64,000 bases of DNA, taken from positions 124,001-188,000 of the forward strand of contig JALGPX010000002.1 of the NCBI GenBank assembly GCA_023515795.1. The letters are read 5' to 3'. Below, one piece after another: positions 1 through 11,460 of this stretch (position 1 is its first letter; every line of letters starts with the position of its first letter). The translations under genes and the position numbers were made by a program. Source of the DNA: Amoeboaphelidium occidentale. Its lineage: Eukaryota. A model generated the notes under the pieces. The model saw only the letters and a program-made list of their open reading frames with translations. It ran no database searches and was not told where the DNA came from.

Positions 1-2943
1 GCAACCTAGTCTGGATTACTAGTGTCATGGCCAATGGAAGCAATTTGTACTCCGGAAATTCATTGGGTCATTTGATCCATTGGGATATTGATACTGCAGA
101 AATTATAAATCAATTTCCTGCATATCATGGTGGTCAGATTAATAATCTCGTTCTGTATGATGGCTCCTTGTTCTCATCGTCTTACAATGTGGTGGCTCGC
201 TGGAATATTGTATCGTACACGTTAGAGTCCAGTTATCAAGGCAGAGTACGCTCATTAAACGCCGTTGTTGTCTGGAAAAACTACGCCGTGGGGGCTGGCT
301 CCGCTGGAATCATAAGTTTTTGGGATTCCGAAGCTAAGACCTTTGAGCCTACATACTCATTGTCTGGCCAGACTGGTGGAATCAGCGAAATGTATGTACT
401 TGATGACATATTATACACTGCTGATTTTAACCGCATAAGAAAGTGGGATCTTGGACAGTTTGTGATTGAAAAGTCAATATTGGTTCCAACGAGTTCTGTT
501 ACAAGTTTATTCGCTCGTGAGGAATCAGTATTTGCTGGCACTTTTGACGGTAATTTCAGGAAATGGAACTCGTCATCAGGCGATTTGATACACGAGTTTA
601 AACTTCATGTTGAGACCGTCTCAGATATTGAATACTACACAGATGTCCTACTTACATCAAGTTTCGATTTCTCGATTGCATGGTGGAATCCGCGTGATTA
701 CTCGTTAATTATGAAACAGCCTGCCCCCTCATTTCAGCTGAATCGCATTTTCATTGCTGAAGATGTTGTCTACGCATGCGGCTTTGAATTAATGTCTTTT
801 GACTTTACAACTGGTGAAAGATTCAACATTTTGTACATTAATGATTATTGCTACGATCTTACAGGACAGCCAACTTTCTTGATCCTAGCCAGTGCTGATA
901 CGACGATTCAATTGCGAAACCCACAAACTTTTGAAGTTTTCACGTCCCTTAAAAACTCACAAGCGTCTGCATTGTGCTCGGACGCAAACAATATACTTTA
1001 CTCCGCTGGAACTGACGGTGCTATCAAGAAGTGGAACTTGGACTCCAGATCTATAGCCTTCTCGTTTGAGGGTATGCTTGATTGATATAAGACTGATTTT
1101 AGATCTCAGCGACGCTGTTACTTCACTTGCTTCTAACAGCGTAGATTTGCTGGTTGGTTTGCGCCGTGGTGTGCTCCAAAAATATGATACGGAAAGCGCT
1201 GTTTACGTAGAAGGAAAAAAATTGTTCGATGGGAAAATTGTTTCGATAGCTCAAAAAGACGATTCGATATTGACGTTTGGTCAGAATGGAATCGGCTCAA
1301 GTCACTCCCTGAATGGGCTTGACTTAGAGTATATTTGTTACAATGATACTTCGGCACCGTTGATATCAGTTGCTTTCCACGCAAACATTGTGTTTCTTTT
1401 GAGGGGAGAAAATGAAATTATCGCATTGAATTCATCAGGGTTGTATCCGCCACTTTGGAAAATTCAGTCCACATTCGCTTTGACTTGTCTTGCCGCAACT
1501 GAGTCTCAGATCTTTGCGGGTACAAAATCAGGGCGTATATTTGGTTGGGATAATGCGGATCAGCAAGCCTCGTTTGAAGTAACGAAACAGACAGCTAGCA
1601 TCAATTTTTTGCTTGCGGATGAAGATGTTTTGCACTCCGCGTCGGACGATAATACTATTGTGCAATGGTCAATTGGTTTGAGTGCAGTGCTGAACACGCT
1701 GACGAGAAGCTCTGCGACTGCACTTGGTCATCTGGGACCTGTAAATTCTTTAAGTCTTTGTAATAATGTGCTTTTTTCAGCTGGGTCGGACTTGACTGTG
1801 AGGAGATGGAACGTTTTCAACGGCAAGCACGAGGACCTTTACTTTGGCCATGCGAGGAAGGTGAATGTCGTTCTATGCCACAATGGTTCTGTCTTTTCTG
1901 GTGGTGATGATTTCGCCGTGCTGCTTTACAAGCCGACACTTCCGCAAGCGATTGTGAAGAAAACCACGACATTAATTGGAGCTGCATCCTCCAAAGCTCA
2001 AAGAAACATAAAGAGAGTGACTGCCCGTGTAGATTCCGCATACTCTCTGCCAGTTTCTTTGATTATCATTCCCAGTTTCGCTGCGGGATTTGTCATCATA
2101 TTTCTTCTGGCTCTTGTATGCTGGCTAAGAAGAAAGGATTCAAATGCAACCACAAGCCCCTTGGACTCTATGGCGAAATCCGTAGTGACGGACTCAGAAG
2201 CTACAAATACTAACACAATGTTAAGAACGCTGGTTCCAACGACTATGGGTCTTTCTATGCACGCCCAACTTGAAATTAATCCAGTATATATTTCCAGAGG
2301 AACCTTGTTGGCCAAGGGCGGCGGTGGCTATTTGTACAAAGCAAAACTAATGGGGCAGGATCTGATTGCTTTACACGGCGAGAATGTTGTTCAAAAACTT
2401 GTAACTGTATCTGGAAGATCTGTGAGAGAATCATTTGACCAAGAGGTTGCCATTATGGCCATGTTATCCACGTTTCCTCATTTCTGTAAGCTAGTTGGAT
2501 ACACTCTGAACCCGTTGTCGATGATTCTAAAGTACTACCCTTCAGGTTCTTTAGATGGATGGATAACCAGACATACTTATGGCAAGAGGGTTGCTTTCCA
2601 ACTGGTATATGAAGTATCAATGGCTGTTTCCATAATGCATTCTCATTTTCTTGCACACTGCGATTTGAAAACTCAGAACGTTCTTGTTGAATCTAAGGAT
2701 GGAGCTATTCATGCTTATTTAACCGATTTTGGAATAACACAGGTTCTCTCAGAGAAAATTCTAGCTGCAAAGCTATTTAGCGTCATTAATCTGCGTGGCT
2801 TATCTGTCCGCTATGCATCACCTGAAGCATTCCGTGCATTCAAAACTAAAGATTATACCAAATCAGACTTCAAAATGTATGATATCTACTCTTTGGCATG
2901 CGTCATGGTGGAATTACTGACACGTAAATTGCCGTGGAGCTGA
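1..2943 (+). CDS. WD40-repeat ectodomain, single-pass receptor-like protein kinase, copy 1 (5' end outside window)
   Basis: The frame of ORF 27-1085 is open from position 3. A 31-nt intron at 1072-1102 (GTATGC...TTTTAG) joins FE-DLSDAV to the second exon. WD40 repeats (GH...WD/WN), S/T-rich stalk, TM helix (LIIIPSFAAGFVIIFLLALVCWL-RRK), kinase motifs AKGGGG, QK, HCDLKTQN, DFG, YASPE, DIYSL. Confidence 0.9.
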
Positions 2944-3026
2944 TCAGTAACATTCTCAAGAATTATGACATGAGTGTGAAATAAATGTGTCTTTTTATTG
3001 TACCACGAGCTGTTTGCATCAATTAG

Positions 3027-6000
3027 ATGCCTCATACCAGATGTATGTACGAAAGATGGCCTCTTGTTTGCATCATGGTCACAGTAGCTCTGCTTGTACT
3101 TTTGGCTTTTGCCTTTACTCCTTCCAAGCCTTTGCAACATGAGAAGAGTTTCTATGTCCAAGATGAATTAAAAGTTGCTGATCACATTGGCTTTTACGGA
3201 AGATCTATCTTGATAAACACTGAGAATGATGTAATTCAGAGAGACCTTGTTACAGGCGCAGTGCAACGAACCTTCAGAGCACACACTAATATTGTTTCAG
3301 CCTTTGTGGTCGTTGATGGATCTATCATGTATACTATTGGTTTAGATTTGCTGGTGGCTATATGGGACTTGGCATCAGGATCAATCATCAAGAGAGTCTT
3401 TTTAGGACCAGAAGCAACAGTGCCACTTTGTCTTGAAGTATTCAATGATAAGGCATACATTGGTACACAAAGTAACAAGATTATTATGGTTGATCTCATT
3501 GCGGGTAGGACTATAATGGCAAGGGATATGGGCAGGGATGTCATGGCGATTTCTCGATTCTCAGATCATCTCTACGCAAGTGGTCAGTTTACACCTTTAG
3601 TGCAGAAATTGGATTTAAACACGCTTGAAACAATTCAATCTTACATAGGCCACAGCAGCTCGGTCTCTTATATTACTTTTAATCTTGGAGTGCTTTACAC
3701 ATGTTCGTCGGACACAAATGTCCTCGGATTTGATGTTGACAGTGGAATTATATTGAAATCGTTCATTGGACATGGTGTATGGGTCTCTTGTGCCGTTGCT
3801 GATGGAAGTAGTTTATACTCTAGCGATGATGCCGGTGAAATTATACATTGGGACATTAATACTGCGGAAATCGTAAGAAGATTTCCTCCGTATCATTTAC
3901 GCCAGATTGAGTATCTTGCCTTGAATGAAGGTTTTTTATTTTCATCAGCTGTGGGTGTTATAGCTCGGTGGAATCTCGCAACGTACAGCGTAGATTTTAC
4001 TTATCGCGGTACATTAAATGCATTGAATGTTGTCGCTGTTTGGAAAAACTACGTTCTTGGAGCCGGCACAGAAGGAGTCATAAGATTCTGGGATTCAGAA
4101 GCTAGATCCTTTGAGCCTGTTTACACATTGTCAGCTCAAAGTCGTAGTATTATAACTGCTTTTGTCACAGATGATACTTTGTACTCAGTTGATTCTTCCC
4201 GTATAAGAAAGTGGGATCTTAATGCCTTTCTTATCACCATGACGATAACGGTTCCCACTGGCTCTGTGTCTAGTTTGTTTTACCAAGGAGAGTTCGTGTT
4301 CGCTGGCGCTACAGATGGCATGTTCCGAAAATGGAATTCATCAACAGGAAGCTTGGTTCACGAATTTGAGCTCCAAAGTATTGTTAACGAGATTGGCTAC
4401 TACAAAGACGTCTTGTTCACTGCAAGTACTGGCGAATTAGTCACATGGTGGAGTCACCAAGATTTTACCATTTTACTGCAAAAGGTTGCTCCTACGACCC
4501 GACTCAACCGCATATATATCAATAACGATGTAGTTTATGCATGTGGATTTAGTTTGGCTTCCCTTGATTCTACAACTGGTGAAACGTTAAACTTTTTGGA
4601 TCTTGGAAATTTTTGCTATGATATTGTGGGAACTGAAGAATATTTGATTCTAGCGACTGATGACACAAGAATTCAGTTGCGTGACCCTCAAACTTTTGAA
4701 AGGTTTGCATCACTTCGAGACGCAAAAGCCATTTCATTGTGCCTGGATTCAAGCAATACTCTTTATTCAACCGGAAGCGAGGGCTCGATCAAAAGATGGA
4801 ACTTGGAATCTAGATCCGTTGCCTTTTCGTTTGAAGGTGAGAATTTTCGCGTTATAACTTACTTTAGATCTGAATGGGGCTGTCACTGCGCTTGCTGTAT
4901 ATGGGCAAAAATTGTTGGTTGGTTACCGCCGTGGTGTAATGTACAGATTCGATCTAGAAACTGCGCTGTATGAAACTGGAAAGAAGTTGTATGAAAATGC
5001 AATCGTTATAATATCTTTCTTGGACAATTCTATATTGACTTTTGGTCAGAATGGAATGGCTTCAACTCAATCCTTCGATGATTTTGTTTTGAAAGATGTG
5101 CTTTACGATAATCCTTCGTTGCCACTGCTTTCTGTTGCTTTGCTATCCGAACTTGTGATTATTTTGCGAGGAGAGATTGAAATTTTAGCTTTTAACTCGT
5201 CTATTCCTGAGAATCCCTTGTGGAATATTCAGGCCACATCGCCATTGACTTGTATTGCTGCAACTGAATCTAGAGTTTTCGCTGGTACGAAGTCTGGGCG
5301 TATATTTGGCTGGGACACTTTGAAACAGGAAGTTTTGTTTGAGATAACAAAGCAGACAGCTAGCATCAACTTTTTATTAGTCGATGGCGACACTTTCTAT
5401 TCTGCTTCAGATGATAAGACGATTGTTCAGTGGTCGATAAGATCGAGAACAGTGCTTAAAACCCTTATGAGAATTTCTGCTTCTGCGCTTGGCCATCTAG
5501 GGCCTGTAAATTACTTGACTATGTGTAACACTGTGTTATTTTCTGCTGGATCTGACTTGACCGTGAGAAGGTGGAACACTTTTACTGGTAAACACGAGGA
5601 CACTTACTTCGGACATTCAAAGAAGGTTAATGTTGTGATCTGCCAGAATGGCTCCGTCTTTTCGGGCGGGGATGATTTCGCTGTACTATTGTTCAGACCT
5701 ATATTTGCATCCCCTGCCACGACAAGCACCACAGTTTCCCCAAAAACTTCTTCATCTGCGCTTCAAAGAATACTGAGACGAGTGACATCTCGATCTGATT
5801 ATTCAAATCGTCCAGGATCTTCTTTGATTGTACCAACCACGGTTGGTACAGGGATTCTTCTTTTGCTAATCACAGTTGCGTTTTACTGGAAGATGAACGA
5901 TGTGAATTACAAGACAAACCATACAGATTCCATTGCTCAGTCTGATATCACAGGCTCAGAAATTACGAATATCAATACTATGTTAAGAACACTCGTCCCG

Positions 6001-6705
6001 ACTTCCGTGGGGCTTTCCATTCATGCTCAACTTGAAATCAATCCTGCATATATCGCAAAGGAAATCCTGTTGGCTAAAGGTGGCGGTGGGCAATTGTTCA
6101 AGGCAAAGCTGATGGATCCAACTTTGATTGCTTTACATGGCAGCCAAGTGGTTCAAAAACTTGTAAATCTATCTGGAAAAGCTGCACTGGAATCCTTTAA
6201 TCAGGAGGTTGCTATTATGACAATGTTATCAACTTTTCCACATTTTTGCAAGTTTATTGGATACACTGTGAATCCTATGTCGATGGTTTTGAAGTTTTAT
6301 CCGGCTGGCTCACTAGATGGATGGATAACCAGAACTATTTATGGAAAGAGGGTTGCTTTTCAAATGATTCATGAGATTTCAAAGGCTGTCTCAATAATGC
6401 ACTCTCATTTTCTGGCGCATTGCGACTTAAAAACTCAGAATGTGCTTGTGGAATCCGAAGGTGATAAGCTAAATTTCTGTTTGACTGACTTTGGAATTAC
6501 GCAAATACTTTCAGAGAAAGTTCTAGCTACAAAGCTGTTCAGAATTACCAACATTCGTGGCTTATCGATTCATTATGCATCACCTGAAGCATTTACCAGC
6601 TTTCGAACCAAAAATTACTCTAAAGCGGACTTCAAAATGTATGATATCTACTCTTTGGCGTGCATTATTACGGAAGCGCTCACAAGAAAGGCTCCATGGA
6701 ACTGA
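3027..6705 (+). CDS. WD40-repeat ectodomain, single-pass receptor-like protein kinase, copy 2 (tandem paralogue)
   Basis: Hydrophobic signal peptide (MVTVALLVLLAFA), WD40 repeats, 31-nt intron at 4837-4867 (GTGAGA...TTTAG) in the same position as in copy 1, TM helix (LIVPTTVGTGILLLLITVAFYW), kinase HCDLKTQN/DFG/YASPE. The true start may be the Met at about 3075. Confidence 0.9.
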
Positions 6706-6873
6706 TTAGTAATTTTCTAATAATGATTGTAAGAATGCGGAATAAATGAACTGTGAAGGTTGTACCACGAGCTGTTTCATAAATCAAGTCCTGTTGGCGC
6801 CGATCACAGTTCTCAAGGTGTCACAAAGTTCCATGTTGTGCTTCAAGAACAAGAAAGCAATTGTAACTTAACA

Positions 6874-8016
6874 ATGAAGGCTACTTTAGTCCACACAATG
6901 AATGCGTATCTTATCTTTGTGTCTTTGGCAATGTTGGTTGCATTTGTTCCAGAGGTACACGCTCAAGGCTTCGTGTTTCCAGGACCATTCCCGCACGCCC
7001 CACATGTTGCACCAAAGAGTATTCCATCTCCTCCGTCTCTACCACCAGCTCCGCCAACGGGAACCGTTTCAGCCGGAACCCAAGCTTCAGCGGCTGTTCA
7101 GACAAAGAGCGAGACAACTCGAGTTGCAACTCCAGTCGCGTCTGCATTGCCTTCCAAGACTAGTGCATCTAGTAGTACAGCTACACCGACAACGAAACCA
7201 GTTGATCTTCCAGTTAATCGTATTTTGAATCCTGGTGCAGGTGCTGCATCTGGTACAAACGGGACAATTAATAATGATCCTTCTGAGGAATCGAAGAAGA
7301 GCTCTGGTGTCATCATTCCAGCAGTCATTGGAGCATTTGCTGGCACCTTCGTTCTAAGTGGTGTATTGTTGGCATTCAAGAGAAGATCAAACAACAAGAG
7401 TCGCTATGAGAGAAGAGGCAGTGAAGACGGTGGTGATGATCTATTCGTCCCAGAAGAAAGAATATCCGTTGCTGAAAGTCAGTACGAGTTTGGCAGAATG
7501 TCAACATATCAAGGAAAAGATCCAGCTAGGCAAAGCTCAATGTCTGAGCATAGCGTTGGCAATTCACCTCTGCTGAAATCGCAACTTTTGGAGATCCCTG
7601 AAGACAGACCTGTTTTCAGTTATTCAAAACCTAAATCCATATTCACAAACTCTTTCAGCGTATCAAGACCTCAAACTGCTGTTCCTGAAACAAGGCGCCA
7701 GACAGCTGATCCTCTTGTTCGTGTCTCTTTCGAGAGCGAATCTGCGTACACAGAATCTGTGCGTTCATCAAATACCTCTGAGAAAATGACGGATTTTGCA
7801 TCACGTTGGAGTTCACCCGGTGGTGCAGGTGCTCTTGGCGCTGGCGCTATGAAGAGAATTTCAACGGAATCCGACGAATGCACTTTGAATGTGACACCTT
7901 ACCAGAGAGAACAAGAACAAAAGGCGGAACCAAAGGCCAGGAAGTCTTCATTTTTCGCAGCGCCTTTCGTTGGATTATCGTTCTTCAGCGAAGACACCGA
8001 TTTCGTTGATGTTTAA
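6874..8016 (+). CDS. Mucin-like type I membrane protein (signal peptide, P/S/T-rich ectodomain, TM, disordered tail)
   Basis: MNAYLIFVSLAMLVAFVPEVHA signal, P/S/T-rich stretch, TM VIIPAVIGAFAGTFVLSGVLLAF followed by KRR. Start is Met 6874 or 6898. Confidence 0.75.
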   Translation: MKATLVHTMNAYLIFVSLAMLVAFVPEVHAQGFVFPGPFPHAPHVAPKSIPSPPSLPPAPPTGTVSAGTQASAAVQTKSETTRVATPVASALPSKTSASSSTATPTTKPVDLPVNRILNPGAGAASGTNGTINNDPSEESKKSSGVIIPAVIGAFAGTFVLSGVLLAFKRRSNNKSRYERRGSEDGGDDLFVPEERISVAESQYEFGRMSTYQGKDPARQSSMSEHSVGNSPLLKSQLLEIPEDRPVFSYSKPKSIFTNSFSVSRPQTAVPETRRQTADPLVRVSFESESAYTESVRSSNTSEKMTDFASRWSSPGGAGALGAGAMKRISTESDECTLNVTPYQREQEQKAEPKARKSSFFAAPFVGLSFFSEDTDFVDV

Positions 8017-8068
8017 ACTCCAAATGTTGCACTCTATTAAGTTATTAATGATATTAAAACTGTGATAT

Positions 8069-8899
8069 TCATGTTCGACCACTTAAAAACATTTTAATCT
8101 CGCTAAGCTTCTGCATGAAATTATACTTTGTGTGTTTGGATACATGTACGCTTCCAATGTGACTCTCGATATCAGACAGAATCTGAACAGTTCTTGAATT
8201 TGGCACAATTGCAAACTCATCCATCAATTGGAGCCTCTTGAGACACGCTTCGATATCTTTGTTGACCCAATTCAATAATATCAACTCGTTTGCCACATTC
8301 ACATCAACCCATTGAACTAAATCCAACTCTGACTTTTCTTGAATGAAATTGACGAGAGCTAATGCCATGCCTGGACTGTGAAATTTTCTGCACGAAGCGA
8401 TGGTCATGGCAAGTAACAAAGGCTTTGGTTCTTCTGCAGGACTTGCGCTGGGATCCTCCGGAAAGAAGACTTCGACAAACTTTGCAATAGCCCGCTTAAG
8501 TTCATACGAAGATTCCGATCCTGTTAGTCTGTTCATAATACTCAGATTAACGTCTTGCTTGTTTGCCCTATGATGTACAGCTACTTGATGTATTGCATCA
8601 TCTCCTTCCTCGTCATCGTCCTTCCTGATCGCGGTCTTGCTTTGCTTCACGAGTTCCTTGACCCACCCGCTTATTGGATCATCTTGGGCTTCGTTGGCCA
8701 TTTGTGTTTGCTGCGTTGAGGTGTTGTTTACAGATGGAGATTCATGCTGTCTGTCCTTCTTCAGAGAGCTAAACAACTCATCCAACATTTCGCTGTAACT
8801 ATCTTTGCTCATAAATCGCATGCCACTGGGCCTCTGCACGCCCCATGGAATATAAAAAGAGTTACGTGAAAGCAATCGCGATTTGATCAAAGATCTCAT
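8069..8899 (-). CDS. Mitochondrial protein, probably Mtf2/Nam1-like
   Basis: R/S-rich presequence-like N-terminus. The helical C-terminal region PLLLAMTIASCRKFHSPGMALAL...NELILLNW resembles the fungal Mtf2 C-terminal domain (recognition only). Confidence 0.5.
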   Translation of the reverse strand: MRSLIKSRLLSRNSFYIPWGVQRPSGMRFMSKDSYSEMLDELFSSLKKDRQHESPSVNNTSTQQTQMANEAQDDPISGWVKELVKQSKTAIRKDDDEEGDDAIHQVAVHHRANKQDVNLSIMNRLTGSESSYELKRAIAKFVEVFFPEDPSASPAEEPKPLLLAMTIASCRKFHSPGMALALVNFIQEKSELDLVQWVDVNVANELILLNWVNKDIEACLKRLQLMDEFAIVPNSRTVQILSDIESHIGSVHVSKHTKYNFMQKLSEIKMFLSGRT

Positions 8900-9000
8900 T
8901 ACAAAATAAGTTTTGTAAGGGCAAATTCAGCTGGACATTAATACCCCTGAGCCTCTTAGATAGAATTTACCTCGAAGTATTCTTCTGCGACCAAATTTAG

Positions 9001-9750
9001 ATGTCAAGATCTTGTCTTAGGACACTTGCGACGAAACATTTTCCTGTGATCAGAAGTAGAAGTGTCATGCAAGTGGGAGATTCTGTAGCAAAAGGAGCAA
9101 CATTGGAAGAAACTCACGTCCACAAAGTTTACGATGAAATCGCTGGACATTTCAGTCAGACGCGTTATAAACCATGGCCTGTCATTCAAGATTTCCTGGA
9201 ATCTTTACCTAGAGGATCTATAGTTGGTGATATTGGTTGTGGTAATGGAAAATATTCGGCAATTAATAAGGAGAATTTGTGTTATGTCGGCTGCGATCGT
9301 TCATTGGGTCTTTTAAGTCATGCTAAACAGCTACAACCTCATGCTGACTTTACGCTGTGTGATGGTCTGCGAACGCCGTACAAGTCTGAATGCTTTGATC
9401 ATGTTATTTCTATTGCTGTTATACACCACTTTTCAACGCACGAGCGAAGGGTTGACGCTGTGCTGGAATTACTTCGAGTCCTGAAGAAGGGCGGAAGAAT
9501 GTTGATTTTCGTATGGGCCTTTGAACAAACAGCGACAAGTAAACGAAAATTCGACTCACAAGATGTATTTGTTTCATGGAATAAGGCTGGCGTTGAAGAA
9601 GTTTTTTATAGGTACTACCACGTCTTCAAAGAAGGTGAACTAGGAGCGCTAGTCCGTGACGCTCTAGCAAAAGGTAATATGGAAGCAAGCACGATAATTA
9701 AAACAGGTTACGATAGGGACAACTGGTACATTGAAGTCCAAAAAACGTAA
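9001..9750 (+). CDS. TRM9: tRNA (carboxymethyluridine-34) methyltransferase, Trm9/ALKBH8-MTase type
   Basis: LEETHVHKVYDEIAGHFSQTRYKPWP, DIGCGNGKY, ISIAVIHH, VWAFEQ, RYYHVF, YDRDNW. Confidence 0.92.
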   Translation: MSRSCLRTLATKHFPVIRSRSVMQVGDSVAKGATLEETHVHKVYDEIAGHFSQTRYKPWPVIQDFLESLPRGSIVGDIGCGNGKYSAINKENLCYVGCDRSLGLLSHAKQLQPHADFTLCDGLRTPYKSECFDHVISIAVIHHFSTHERRVDAVLELLRVLKKGGRMLIFVWAFEQTATSKRKFDSQDVFVSWNKAGVEEVFYRYYHVFKEGELGALVRDALAKGNMEASTIIKTGYDRDNWYIEVQKT

Positions 9751-9924
9751 AAACGTTAGAGCGAAGTGGTTAGGAATGTTGTAAATGATTATGAGCTCTA
9801 GATAGTTTAAACGCCACCTGGAATAGATTGCAACATTCTGAACTTATGAAACAGAAATAGACACGACGCAACTAAGATTCCTCTGGTTAAAAAATGTTCG
9901 CCCGATTATTGAAAGCTTTGCGAC

Positions 9925-10620
9925 ATGTCTAAGCCACAACCGATCGGCGACATACCAGAAACCATTTCGAAACGTTTCCTCCAATTGATGACCTCCGTTA
10001 TACAAAATGAATTAAGTAATTTAAATCAGAGCGTTGACAGGCGGCAAGTGCCCAAATCATTCCATCGAGTCCAAATGCCTGTGCTGGAGGATATGATAGC
10101 GAACATGCTGACTAAAATAGCGTCACATAATGACCAAATCCCAGTTACGCCAAACTCACTCACACGATTCCACTCACGAGCCCCACCCGCAATATCTGTG
10201 GCCGCATACTTACGGAGAATTATTCAGTTCGCTTCTTTAGAAAAGGCCAATTTACTTATGCTTTTAATCTACATTGACAGAATCTGCTCGACTCATCCAA
10301 CATTTACACTGAGTTCTCTGACTATACATCGATTTATGATCACCGGAGTTACTGTGGCTGCGAAGGCTCTTTGTGACAGTTACTGCACAAATTCTCATTA
10401 CGCCAGAGTTGGGGGCATTTCTGTTTCGGAGCTGAATACGCTGGAGTTGGAATTACTGTTCCTGCTGGACTGGAATTTGTGGTGTGACAAAGTTCTATTG
10501 GAAAAGTATTACACGCATTTAGTGGAGAGTTCTGGTCTGTATTACATGGATACACACGCAGATAAGAGCACAGAAGAAAAGCTTGACACTTATGATGCAC
10601 AAGCATTTCTTGGTCGATAA
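9925..10620 (+). CDS. PHO80/PCL-family cyclin
   Basis: TRFHSRAPPAISVAAYLRRI, LIYIDR, TIHRFMIT, DSYCTNSHYARVGGIS, ELNTLELE. Confidence 0.9.
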   Translation: MSKPQPIGDIPETISKRFLQLMTSVIQNELSNLNQSVDRRQVPKSFHRVQMPVLEDMIANMLTKIASHNDQIPVTPNSLTRFHSRAPPAISVAAYLRRIIQFASLEKANLLMLLIYIDRICSTHPTFTLSSLTIHRFMITGVTVAAKALCDSYCTNSHYARVGGISVSELNTLELELLFLLDWNLWCDKVLLEKYYTHLVESSGLYYMDTHADKSTEEKLDTYDAQAFLGR

Positions 10621-10678
10621 TTATTCTTACCGCTATGAACAACCAATTACAAAAAATATTTCCCAAAAAAAAAGATCT

Positions 10679-11317
10679 TTAACTTAATAGATTTTCCTTA
10701 TCTTTCACAGAGCGCATTGTGTAGCTCCATCGTGTTGATCTTGGGACTATTTGATTATCAACAAGATCTGTTTTACGCTCTCTAATGCCATGCTTGTATA
10801 GATATCGAGCATTGCCTCTTATTAAAGCTAAAGATCTTTGCTTCAGCACTACAGAAAACTGTTCCGGAAGTTTATCAGTTGAATTGTTTTGAGCATCACC
10901 AAGTAACCGAAAGTCTAGCGTGGTGCATGATCCTGTTGACAACGTAAAAACATGATCTCCCCATACCAAAACATCCAAATGAGGGGCGATCCCAACACCA
11001 GGCAAATACTCCTGCACTGTGACTTGATTAACGTTTAGCCCTTCTAAACCCTTGAACTTAACACTGATTCTATCCAAAATATAACGCATGTATTCCGGAA
11101 CATCATGATCGCATCGTTTAATCGAGAATGTAGAGTATTCGTATTCATATCCATAATGCTTCACCCTGCGATCTTTTATCTTAGACCAGGGATTCTTGCA
11201 ATCATTATCCGTAGCAGCTTGCAGATTGACCTCTTCCTGCTCCGTAATGAAGTCTTCTACTACTTCGAAGCCAATATCACGCATAGTTTTATCGTCAAGA
11301 AAAGTACACTTCGCCAT
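10679..11317 (-). CDS. AlkB-family Fe(II)/2-oxoglutarate dioxygenase, ALKBH8 AlkB-domain-like
   Basis: EDFITEQEE, RRVKHYGYEY, QEYLPGVGIAPHLD (HxD), RSLALIRGNARYLYKHGI, RWSYTMR (RxxxxxR). Confidence 0.88.
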   Translation of the reverse strand: MAKCTFLDDKTMRDIGFEVVEDFITEQEEVNLQAATDNDCKNPWSKIKDRRVKHYGYEYEYSTFSIKRCDHDVPEYMRYILDRISVKFKGLEGLNVNQVTVQEYLPGVGIAPHLDVLVWGDHVFTLSTGSCTTLDFRLLGDAQNNSTDKLPEQFSVVLKQRSLALIRGNARYLYKHGIRERKTDLVDNQIVPRSTRWSYTMRSVKDKENLLS

Positions 11318-11460
11318 TTGCCCCTTTGAAATAAGCCCAGACTCAAAATCTCGATCGAAAGCCAGAAAATTTGATTTTTCTATTCATGGAAAAACCCCCA
11401 TAAGTTGGCACAAAGTTCTTCTATCCCAACTTCTTTACTCGCAAATCTTCTCCCCTGAAA

